From Felis catus (Eukaryota): DNA of 64,000 nucleotides. Below are positions 35,846-47,254 of this stretch, piece after piece (positions within the stretch are counted from its first letter, which is position 1; the number at the start of each line of letters is the position of its first letter). The notes beneath the pieces are model-generated. The model made no database searches and was not told the origin of the DNA. It was given only the letters and a program-made list of their open reading frames with translations. Both the position numbers and the translations under genes were made by a program. The stretch spans positions 163,060,001-163,124,000 of the forward strand of contig NC_058371.1 of the NCBI RefSeq assembly GCF_018350175.1. Direction: 5' to 3'.

Positions 35846-38734
35846 AGATGTGGTGGTCTTTTTCATGGTTAACTTAGCGCACCTAAGAAATAAATCTGAA
35901 GTTGGGGAAATCAAATTTAGTTTAAAGAGAAAGTTTAGATTTCAGAAAGTACATTAAATAAAATTCTAGGTATCCTATAAAAGGCTAAGGGTGTACGGAC
36001 CAGAATTTTACTTCTGGCTCTGTCTGCAACTGAACCAGAATAGTAACAAAACAGCATACAGCATCTTTAACTATTTAAGTAGGACTCTTGAAAGTTTTGA
36101 ATTCATTTGCTGGGTTCATGCAGATTTTGAAAGGTCTATTCGATGAATACAGCATTCTAAGCCAAGCAGTTGCTCACGGCCTATCTCTTTTAGGCCATCC
36201 TGATGGTAAGCGATAGGTAGGATGTGGACGGTGTTTTACGAGGTAACAGCATCACATCCACTGCCATGCTGCTCAGGTGGCTTTGTCAGTGGCACCCTGA
36301 ATCTGGCCCCCTGACTCTGTTCTCTAAAAAGGAATGGAAGAGTAGAGCCTCTTTGTCCCTGAATGGGGACCAAGCTGTACAGTAAGCGAGTTCAGGATGG
36401 TCGTGTCTTGTTTTCAGTGGCTGCCAACTCTCTAGAAGGACAGGACCAAAGAGGAGAATTATAGGTACTGCCCCTTGAAAGAAAACTCATTTCGGGTGTC
36501 ACATGTGAATCCCTGCCCTCCCACCAGGTGGTGGTGGCAGTGGGGTTTGTTAAAGCTATGGAAGTGATCACATATGGGCTGCTAGGGCAGGAGGGTATAA
36601 TTTGGCAAAAAGACCTATGTTCCCTTTATTGAAAATAGTGTTTATGAATGGAAGGGATGTAAATGCCCCCAACAAAAGCCTGTTCTAAGTCTGATCAGAC
36701 TATAGAACAAATCACCTGACTTCAAGAGTCCATACTTGGACTTCTTCCAGTCTTCTTTCAAACACATTCAATCCTATCCCCATTCAACACTTTACTGATC
36801 ACCTACTATGTCCGTTACTGTTCTGGGGGATGTGGCAGTGAACAAAGCAGTCAAAACCTCTTAAAAGTGATGGAGCTTATATTACTCCTTACTTTACTAA
36901 GAAGATGGGGGTTATTTCATGTTAATTTCCGCAACCTAATAGATGGATTTTCCAAAGCCCTAAGACTTCTGATCTGTCCTTCTACCCTTCTAATAACTAC
37001 CTTCATCAAGCTGCACTGCTGGGTTCACTAGCCCCTCATTTTTTGATGACAAACATACACAGGGTCTCCCCGGACTAATAGTCATGAAAAAAGGGACAAA
37101 TAATATGATCGAAACTTTCCACTGTTCTCTTGCCTCCCTTAAGCTGCTGAGATCTCTCCTTATTTTATCACCAAATCTCTCTAGAAAATCTCATTTGCTT
37201 CACCTTCTTTACCGCCCACTTACCTTCCAAACTCTGCCTTCCCCACACCCAATGAAGGCTGTTGGTTCTATAGAGTTCAGATCAGAACCTGGAGAAAAGA
37301 GAAAACCACCAGGAACACAGGATGGTGAGGAAACAGTTCTGACCAAGTGAGCCAAGGGTTTCGGGTAAAATAATTACCTGCTAATTATCTGAGAGCCTCC
37401 TGTTGTATGCCAGGCATTGTGCCAGGAATGTTAGGTTTCTAGCGAAATACAAAAAGTGACCTTTGATGAAAAGTTACAAGGAAGACGCGGCTGAGAAGAT
37501 GTCCTCTGGAAGTAAGGTTCGAGCTGAGTTTTTGGGAATGGGTGGACTTGAAACCGAAAGAAGAATAATTGGCTGAGGGAGGGTAGAGGGGAGCCATGAG
37601 CCTGAGGACCCGGAAGCAGGAAATGGGAATGATGTGCTAGTTTGGTTTAAAAATTTGGCAGAGGTGAGGCAGAGCCACATTAGGAAAGTCCTTGCAAACC
37701 AGGCAGAGCCACTCATTAAAGGTACCTTTGAGCGCTTCAATCTTCTACTCCCCCATCTCTCTTTCCCTTCAAAGCCAAACGTCTTTATCTTCTCACTTCC
37801 CTTTCACTCACCACCCGGTTCCAGTATGTGTTCTCTCCTAATCATTCCCTGCAAACTGCTCTTGAGACAATTCAAAGGACTCCTGAGTAACAGGTCTTGG
37901 TGAGAGAATACGTACACGAATCCGGGCACATTACTTAACACTCTCTGAGCCTCAGTTTGCTCTAAAATGGGGATTATAATATTGCCTTCCTCAAAGGGTT
38001 GTCGGAAGGATTAAATATATCTTAAAGCCTTGCTCAAGAATTGACCATTGCTACTATTTTTATTTTCCTTGATCCCTTAGCTCTCTCTGATGCATTTGAC
38101 TGTTCCCTCAGTGTTGAAACACTCTTTGGCTTTTGCAATGTTGCACATTTGTTTGCTTTCCCTCTACCACTTTGGTTTAGTTTAGTTTGTGTTAGTTTTC
38201 TTTGGGTCCTCTTCCTCCACCTGGTCCTTCCATGGTGGAGCCCTTCCTGACTTTCCCCTTGTTTATTCTCACTCTAGACACTCTCCCTACACAATGTCAC
38301 CCATAAATGCATGTCCTGCATTATCTTCTATGTATTAATTTCTTTTAGATGTATCTCCTCCAGTACAGACATTTCTTCTGAGCCCCGGATTTGTACCTGA
38401 TATAACTATTCAGGTTTTTCATGGTTATCTGAAACTCAACACCTGTGAAACCAATGTCACTTCTTCCCAACCATCTACCCCTGAACCTTCTCCATCAGCA
38501 TCCCCTACCGTTAAAAAAAAAAAAAAAAAAAAAAGACATTCTTTTTCATCCTGGTCGGAAACTTGGGACCCATCTTTGACTCATCCTCATCTCTCATCCC
38601 AGTCCATCACCAAATTCAGCCGACTACCTCCCAAAAGCATCTGCAATCTGTCCACTTTTCTGTTTTTCCACTGCTGTTACTTATGTGGACACAGGCTACC
38701 AACAACTTTCTTGCCACAGATTTCTTTTCTTTCT

Positions 38735-41700
38735 ATCTTTCTTTTAAAGTTTATTTTGAGAGAGAGAGAGAGAGAGAGTGCACGCACATGAGCAGGGGAG
38801 GGGCAAAGAGAGAGAGGGAGAGAGAGACCCAAGTAGGCTGTGGGCTGTCGGCACAGAGCCCAATGCTGGGCTTGGTCTCATGAACCCTGAGATCATGACC
38901 TGAGCCAAAATCAAGAGTCAGATGCTTAACCAACTGAGCCACCCAGGTGCCCCTTGCCACACATTTCTAAATAGCCTCACAAAGAGAGCTTTTGCTCTCC
39001 TTCGACCCTTTCTCCAGATGGTAGCCAGCTTTCTTTCAGTCAATCAAAATGTATAAGCAAATAGCAATCTAATCATGTCCCAACCTAGTTTAAAAATCCA
39101 TCCATGGAGTTGTCATTTGGCACTTCAAGATAAGCCAGTTGTTCCAAAGGCTTAGGGAATCTTAACCACCCATAGATACACTCATGATCTTCGATGCACT
39201 CTCCCTCTTGTAGGAACTCTAAATTGATCTTCACTCCAAAGTTAGCTTGTCCTTATGTTATACTAATTGCATGCAAAAAGTAGCAAAGACATCCATAAAC
39301 AGTGCCAATGAACACTGCATTAGAAATGAAACAGTGCAAACACCGTGACTGGCTTCTTTTATCCTAGGATCACCAGTGGCTCACAAAACTTCTGGCACAA
39401 GGTATGTGTTTAGTAAACAGGTGTCTGATACATGGTGAAAAAGGAAAAAAGGCTGCCATCAAGTTCCTCACAGAACTGAAACATAATCCACAGAAACCAC
39501 TTGGGTTGCAAACTCTACAGGCAGCAAAATATTTTCCCCGTGGACAGCCAAATGTTTACTAGCATTTGCATAGCAAATGAGCTGCAATAACCTATTTGGC
39601 AATGAGGAAAAAAAGAAAGGAAAGAAAGCACCAGGCACAGTGCCTGAGGCCGGATGAGATTTTTACAAACTTGCAGAGGAGCCTCCTCCCCTCCAGGAGC
39701 TTCCAGACCACTTGGAGAGAGGCAATCACCCCCAAATTTAATATTCACTCTCTTGACTCTCCCTATGGATAAGGCATTGTGTCTTTCTTTGGGTGTAAAA
39801 CGGTGAATGAAAACAGGTCTGTCTCTCAGTCTCTTTGTGTCTGATAAGGACTGGGAATTGGACATCAATCAAATAATCACATGTGCAATAATAGCAGCTA
39901 TTCTATACGGTGGTGAGTATGTGCCAGGCATATTTTTAGAAGTCTACATAAATTAATGCAGTCACAGTCTAGGAGGGGTACTCTTACCACCTTCATTTTA
40001 TAGAGACAGAAATTGCAGCAAAGAGAGGTGAAGAAACTTACCCAATGTCATACAGCCAATGCCATACAATGTCCAGTCTGGATTCAGGGGTCATTTTTTT
40101 TTTAATTTTTTTTTTTTAACGTTTATTTATTTTTGAGACAGAGAGAGACAAAGCATGAACGGGGGAGGGTCAGAGAGAGGGAGACACAGAATCTGGAACA
40201 GGTTCCAGGCTCTGAGCTGTCAGCACAGAGCCCGACGCGGGGCTCGAACTCACGGACTGCGAGATCATGACCTGAGCCGAAGTCGGCCGCTTAGCCGACT
40301 GAGCCACCCAGGTGCCCCAAGGGGTCATTTTTTTAGCCATCCATTCTACTGCCTCCATGCTGTGTGCTATACAGCAAAGACATATTTACAAATATGAGGT
40401 CCATGAAGGGAAGATGGATGGTGCTATAAGGACATGTAACAGGGCATCTCAATTTTTCTTGGCTTATCTGAAGGCTGAGTAGTGGTTGTTTTTTAAAATT
40501 TTTAAATTTTATTTTTAGATAAAGGGAGTGAGAGAGCACAAGAGGGGATAGAGGGGGAGAGGGAGAGAGAATTCCAAGCAGGCTCCAAGCTCAGTGGCGG
40601 AGCCCCATTTGGGGCTCCATCCCATGGCCCTGGGCTCATGACCTGAGCCAAAATCAAGAGTGGGAGGCTCAACCGAGTGAGTGGCCCAGGCACCCATGAG
40701 GGCTCAATAGTGTTAACCAAGCAAAAAGGGGAAAGTGGGAGAGGGAAAGACATGAAACTGGTCACAACGGAGGGGAGACTATGGAACCACCTGGATATAG
40801 TGTGGTTCATTGGTAGCGGTAGTGGGTGGGAAGAAGGGATCTGGAAGGCCTCATGGAGGAGGCAGATCTGAAGGAAGACCTTGAAATACTGGTTTAGTTT
40901 GTAGGGCAGGGAAGAAAAGGAAACATGAATTCAGATCGAACCTAATTAATTTGGGGGACAGGAAGACACTGGTTTTTAGGATTCTTTCAGTTGCGAATAG
41001 CAGACACTCAATTTAAACTGGCCAAAGAAAGCTATGGCTTTACTAGCCTAAATTCCTGAATAGTCCAGATTATAGATCTAGCAGCAGGTAGATAAAGATG
41101 TTGTTAGGATCTCTCTTACATTCCTCAGTTCCATTTTTCTACGTTGGCTTCAGTCTCAGGCATGGACATATGGAAGCTCTAGACTTTATCCTATCAGTTC
41201 AGCAAACTCAGGAAGGGGAGTACTTATTTTTCCAAAGGCCCGGGTAGACTCTCATTGGCTCCGCATATATTACATTCTCCTTGTTGAACCAATCACTGTG
41301 GCTGGGCCATGAGGTGCTCTCATTGGCCAGCCCTGGATCATGTGCTTTCCTCTGGCGCCAGGGGGCAGGGGCAGCCACACTTGAACCTTAGGTTCTGAAA
41401 ATGAGAAAGTTTCCCGAAGTAGAATCTAGAAGCTGGACAGGTAAACGCTGGGAATGGCACCACAAGTGATTGGCTGGAGCAGTGCTCCTCACACTTCATT
41501 TATTTAAAAAAAAAATTTTTTTTTTAATGTTTATTTATTTTTGAGAGAGAGGGAGACACAGAATCTGAAGCAGGTTGCATGCTCCGAGCTGTCAGCACAG
41601 AGCCTGTCGCAGGGCTCAAACTCACCAATCATGACTTGAGCAGAAGTTGGACACTTAACCGACTGAGTCACCCAGGCGCCCCATCTCCTTGCACTTTATA

Positions 41701-43095
41701 TGAAGAGTCTCATTTAGTAGGTCTGGGATGGGAACCTAGAGTCTACGCTTCTTTCTAACAGCCTCCCAGGTGAGACTAGTGCTATTGGTTTATGGACCAC
41801 ACTTTGTGGAGCAGGGCCATACGATCTGGAGTGACTGCCTCCCTCAAATTTACTTAGACTGTTTAGGACTAGCCTGTATCCCATCCTTCCATTTTAACTC
41901 CATACCTTCATATTGGCTGGCCTATATGTGAAATGCTTTTCCTCAAATTTCTCTCATTGTCAACATTTTTATGACTTTACCTCTATCACCTCCAAATGTC
42001 TCCTCGATGAGTGATGCTGAGGTTAGGATTCTTCTTCAACTGATGCCTTTTCCAATTTAGACCTGTGAACACTAACCTTGTGGCAGTATAAAAATACATT
42101 TAATTATTCATGAGTCTGACAAGATCTGCGGTGTTCATTGATCTGTTGTGTATGTAATTCACTGCCTGAGTTTCAATCTGGGTGTTTGTATCGAACACTT
42201 CAGTTTTAGGCTATAGGCTGTTAAAAGGCATGCAAAAGATCCTTGGACCTTGCTGATATAGCACTCAGTAACCGGATGATGTTCAATTCTCATTATGTCA
42301 TTGGTGTTTTCAATCCTCTGGCCTTTGCAATCCACTGTGCCGATGTTGGCAGAAATAATGCCTCTAGTATGGTATAAACTTTCCTTATCATTTAAGGCTT
42401 TGGATTAATGCCTTTAGAATGGAATGTCTGTGAAATTGAGTCCTGAGGCCTGAGTTTTAGCCTCAAGTGTGCTTCTTGCACGTATTTTGTGACTTCCTCC
42501 AAGCCTTCAAACCTCTTTAGGCCTTTTACCCAACTGGCCATATTGGGTGTCTTGTGGTCCTCTTCTCTCCCATGGTGCTCTGCCAGCTTTTCAGACCTGC
42601 TTCATTTGTAACGCGTGGGTGACACCATGGCGGTAGGATACTTGACCCTCTGAGTCTTATTTTACCCACCTGCAAGAGGCAATAATCATCATCTGATAGC
42701 TATGGTGGTAACTGACCACCATGACTGCATAGAAGATCATGGCTGATGATGATACGACGTCAAGGTCGGCTATTGCCATCATCAGGATCCGTTTGGAAAC
42801 AAGATGCTGCCAGGATGACTTAACATAAGCAGGAATATTATTCCTTAAATCCATTGAAATATACAGAGCTGGGGGGGGGAGGGGGGGCGCCTGGGTGGCT
42901 CAGCTGGTTAAGCATCTGACTTCATCTCAGCTCAGGTCATGATGTCACCACTTCTGAGTCCAACCCCAATGTCCAGCTCTGCCCTGACAGCCTGGAACCT
43001 GCTTGGGATTCTGTCTCTCCCTCTTTTTCTCTCAAAATAAATAAATAAATAAATAAACAAACAAACAAACAAACTTAAAAGAAAAAAAAAAAAGA
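38735..43095. mobile_element. Interspersed Can-SINEs (~38735-38953 -, 40095-40318 -, 40490-40695 -, 41505-41682 -, 42884-43095 +) among L2/MIR/MER5 fragments
   Basis: SINE heads and tails read directly; older elements recognised by motif only. Confidence 0.8.
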
Positions 43096-44464
43096 ACTAA
43101 ACAGAGCCAACAGGATCCCACAGAACTTCAGGCAGCAGTTGTCCGTGTTCTATTTCCACCTCCGGTCCTCGAGATCCCAGCCCTCAATGCTCTCATCCCT
43201 GGCAGCGTAACACTACGGAAATAATGGAGGTTTGGAGGCATGATATTTTGCCAGTATGTCAGCCTTGGCTAGTAAAAAGCTACCTTCAATTGTATTCGTT
43301 TCTAATTCGATCTGTCATTAAATACATCGGTTTCAGAATTATCACGGGTTCCACCTCTGTAACTTCTCTGTTGAAAGCACTGAACTGCAACTCTGTAGAA
43401 TTATTTCACTCTTTCGGAAAGCGGCTCCCCCACTATAGGCGAACAAATCGGCTAAGCGGTGTAGATCCGCATTTTGAGCCACAAGCCACAACCTTTTATG
43501 CCGGAAACGAGGCAGCACCCTCACCAAAGCCTAAAGAGGCTGCGTGCCCGAGAGGTCTGTGTTTCCTGAAGATGCGTAAAAGTTTGGTTCCCATTCTATC
43601 CGTATTCAAATCGCTCCTTGGGCAGTCTCTAGTCCTCGGCCAGAACCCAGACTTCTCTTTTGTACCTGCTAATGTCACAAATTGCCCGAACGCGCCGTGG
43701 CTGGCCTCCGCCCAGCCCCAGATTCTTGTCCCCTCCCGGCGCCTTTTACCAGGCGGCCGGCCCGCTGCCGGCCAGGGCTTTCCAACAACCCCATGACCTG
43801 ACCCCATTTACTTCTTGGGTCCCCGCCGGTGCCATCTGGCTGGAACCATGGGGAGAAACCAACAGTTGGACGTGGTCATCCCTGCCCCTGGCTTTCTCCA
43901 CTCGCCCCAAATGAAAAACCCGGGGCTGTTGGGGGGGGGGGGGGGGGCGGCGAGCGGCAGGAAGGAAAAAGCGAAGACGGGAAACGGCCCCGGGTCCCCG
44001 CCGGCCCTCTAGGCAGCCCCCGCCTCCCCGGCCCTCGGCCCGCGGGAGGCGCGGCCCCTCCAGGCGCCCAGCGCCCAAGGCGGCCCCCGGTTCCCCGCGG
44101 GCCCCGGACGGCCGCCCCCGCGCGGGAGTCAGCCCGGGGGACCCGCGCGGTGTGGTTGCTGCAGCCACGCGAGCCAGGGCCTGGCCGTGCGCTCCAGCCC
44201 AGAGAGGGGGAAGCAGGAAATAAAGAGGCCACGAGAAAGGCCGGGCCGGGTGGCCGGGGGGCGCGGGCGGGCGGGGGAGCGGCGCGGGCGCGGCGGGGGC
44301 CGGGGCCGGGCGCGCGGCGGGAGCGCTCGGAGCGCGGGCTGCACGCGGCGCGCTCGGGCCGCCCCTCCTCCCCGCGCCGCCGGCCGCGGCCCAGGCTCCC
44401 TCGCTCCGCCACTCCCCGCCCCTCCGCTCTCCCTCCCGCCTCCCCGCCTTCCCCGCCCTCCCCG

Positions 44465-44500
44465 CCTCCTCCTCCTCCTCCTCCTCCTCCTCCTCCTCCT
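44465..44500. repeat. (CCT)12 microsatellite in the USP46 5' region
   Basis: 12 perfect CCT units read directly. Confidence 0.95.
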
Positions 44501-44604
44501 CCCTCCCGGCCTCCCTCTCCCAGCCAAACTGCTAGCCGGACCCCAGGCCGCCTCCCCGCAGCCGCCGCCGCCCCGCCGCCCGGCCTCACCGCGAGCGCTC
44601 CACC

Positions 44605-44631
44605 ATGGACAGTCCTGTTTTCACCTTATAA
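44605..44631 (+). promoter_or_regulatory. USP46 uORF1 (MDSPVFTL*)
   Basis: CCACCATGG optimal Kozak context; TAA at 44629-44631; in frame with the main ATG. Confidence 0.75.
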
Positions 44632-44633
44632 AG

Positions 44634-44663
44634 ATGGCGGTGCGGGATCGCTGCAACCTTTAG
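44634..44663 (+). promoter_or_regulatory. USP46 uORF2 (MAVRDRCNL*)
   Basis: AAGATGG strong context; TAG at 44661-44663, 4 nt before the main ATG. Confidence 0.7.
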
Positions 44664-44667
44664 ACTA

Positions 44668-44703
44668 ATGACTGTCCGAAACATCGCCTCCATCTGTAAT
44701 ATG
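44668..44703 (+). CDS. USP46: Ubiquitin carboxyl-terminal hydrolase 46, first coding exon (partial CDS; exon 2 not found in the window)
   Basis: Encodes MTVRNIASICNM, the USP46 N-terminus, followed by a phase-0 donor ATG|GTGAGT. Synteny with DANCR/SNORA26. Confidence 0.95.
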
Positions 44704-47239
44704 GTGAGTGGCGGCCAGCGCCGCCTCGGGGGTCGCGCCCGAGGCGCGACGAGGCGAAGAAAGGGAAGCCCGAGCCGCACGCCCGCGGGGCGCCGGGGTG
44801 GGGGTGGGGGCGGGGGCGGGGGGGGGCGCGCCGGGGTCCGTGCGGCGCGGCCAGAAGTTCCCGGCCCCTGCTCTCGGCGGGCGGACCGCAGCCCCCGGGG
44901 CGGCCGCGGGGGAGGGGCCCGATCCCCCGCCCCCCTCCCAGCCCGGGGACCCGGGAGCTCGCCCGCTGGTGCCCGGCCGCGCCGCCGTGCCTCCGCCCTC
45001 GGGCTGCGGTGGAGGCGTCTGGGGGGGGGGGGGGGGGTTGGGGGTTGGGGGGATATGCCGGGGATCGGAGGCACCCATCCTGCCCTTGCGGTAGATAAAG
45101 CCCTGCCGGTCTCCCTGACCGCCCTCATCTCATTTTGAGTTCACTCCTTCAACTGTATTTAAAATTCACTTTGCAAAGGCAGCCGGTTGTATCTGGAGAA
45201 ATTTGAAATGCAATAAAGCTGTAAAGAAGTGCAGAATTGTAGGTGCAGAAGTGAACTTCTACCTGGTTGGGAAAGCACGGTAATTTGTGGTGGATGCCTC
45301 AATTTCCCCACCTGTGAAGGAGGGTCAAGGTTATTGGCGGTAACGCGTGGAGGCCCAGAGGGTGGGGCGGTCTTTGGGCCTGGAGGAGGTCTCCAGGGTT
45401 ATCCTGCCTGATGCACTGCCAGACCCAGTAGAGGCTGGTGAGCAGGGGCGCAGGGCAGCAAGGGAACGCCACTGGGCTCTGGTGGGGCTGGGTCCATGAT
45501 GTGGTGCTCACTTTAATTTGGGTTTCTCCCTTGGCTCTCCCTACCTTTTCAGTTTCTGTGGGAACAGCCTCCAGCCCTTTGGGTGCCCAGGGTGCGTCCT
45601 GCTGGCACCCCCCACTTGTCAGAGCTTTGCGAAGCCTCAGCTTGACCCCTGGCATAAAGCATTGCCCTCCTGTGCAGGGTGAGAGACTGTGCTTTACTTC
45701 CATTCTCCAGGGTCCCCTTCCCTAACATCAAAGCGTCTCCCCCCCACCCCAAGCTGGAACATGTGTTCTTTTAATGCCAGTTGGGGGAGAACCTCCCTTG
45801 AAGCTAATAATACAGGCCCCCAAAGGGAATCTGAGAAGGCTTGATTGAGAAGCCTTGGGGTAAGGTGATCTGGCTACCCTGCCCCCGTCACACAGCTTTT
45901 TAAATCTTCTGTCCCACATTCTCCTACAAGATTAACACATGTTCAAGGAGCATTACGGAGCCCTGGGTTGTTAGCTCAGGGGTGGAATCAGGACCCACTG
46001 GCCCTGGCTTCGGTTTTCAGCACCGTAGGACGTCGCTGCTGCCTTGGCCAGCAGAGCAAAGGGGCTGGGGCTTCCCAGAGTGATAGCTGCAAAGGTATTG
46101 GCGCAGGACCAGTTAGATGTGGTGGGTGGCCCCTGGAGCCGTTCCATTTCCTCCCTTTTCCTTCCTTCTCCACGCAGAGATGGGTCTCCTGCTCCTTCCT
46201 GTCGAGTGGCATTAACGTTGCTTGGTGCAGTGGAAAGGTGATGCCTTTCTTCTCGGTTTCTCTCTCTGCGAAGACCAGCTCCTGAGGGGAACTGTGAAAC
46301 CAGAGCAGCTCTAATACTCTCCCGTGCTTGCTGTGTGGCCTCGGGCTTACAGGGCAGTGAGGCATGGTCCCAGCCCTTGGTGGCGTTCCTCTCCTGCTTG
46401 GATGTGGTGACACCTCTCTGTATTGAAGTAGGCTGGGAACTTGAGAGCTTACACGTCCCAAGAGGAAGCCAGCCTCCAGCTTTCCTCCCTCCCCCCGCCC
46501 CTCCATGCTGCTGGGGCTTCTTGGCACACCTGGGTGGAATGTCACAACCAGTTTCCAGTAAAACTCAGGGAGGCGGACTGCAGGGAGGACTTGAGAGATA
46601 CAGGCCAGTACTGTGTCTGGAGAGTCGACACCGTAAGTGCAAAGGCATCAGGGTTATTAGCATCAATCACCCGGGTGAAATGAGGATCCAGTAATTCCTA
46701 AAAAAAGGATTTTTCCGCTCCTGTTTAGACACTGTCTTGAGCGAGTGCAAGTCCTGGCTCTAACATGTGCCCGCTTTTTGTCCTTGAACGAGTTGCTGTC
46801 TTCCTTATCTAGCAAAAGGGGATGACAGTGGCTCCTACCTCATCAGGCGTTGTATTAAATGAGCTCCTGCACTACACGGCCTGGTACCTGGCAAGTCCTC
46901 AGTGAGGGGCAGCTGCTATTATTAAGCTCTTTTTCGCTATTATGGCACCTTCCAATGGTTTAAAAGACCAATGAAGATGATGCGTTCTTGGACCTGGTGG
47001 AAGCAGCCACTGCTGTAAACGAGCCCCAGGATCATTTATGCAAACCAAGCCGAGAGACTGTATGGGAAGGCTGGGATGGGAGTCCTTTACCCCGCCCCTT
47101 GTAAAAGGCTGCTCAGATCACCCCTGTCCCTCCCAGTCTTCCTTCCCACGCGAAAAGGCTTGCTGATGAGGCGACTGCTGTCTTTTCACCTGGCCGCACG
47201 TACCTTTGCACCGGATCCCCCTTTAAATTCTTCACGATT

Positions 47240-47254
47240 ATGAATTGTTTCCAG
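47240..47254 (+). CDS. USP46: USP46 alternative first coding exon (MNCFQ isoform)
   Basis: ATGAATTGTTTCCAG|GTAGGT, phase 0. Matches the human USP46 isoform in which MNCFQ replaces MTVRNIASICNM (from recall). Confidence 0.75.

Larger units (their letters stand above)
43700..45130. promoter_or_regulatory. USP46 CpG island/promoter, 5' UTR and start of intron 1
   Basis: Extreme GC/CpG density around the USP46 start codon; YY1-type AAGATGGCGG at 44631-44640. Confidence 0.92.

Noticed and set aside
28049-35851. Target-site duplication of the ERV
   Set aside because: The flanks (ATGGAG before, AGATG after) do not match convincingly; too decayed to call.
43746-45138. Long ORFs over the USP46 CpG island, including the 156-aa ORF starting MTVRNIASICNM
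   Set aside because: Only the first 12 codons are USP46; the rest reads through the GTGAGT donor into intron 1. The other ORFs are GC-composition artefacts.
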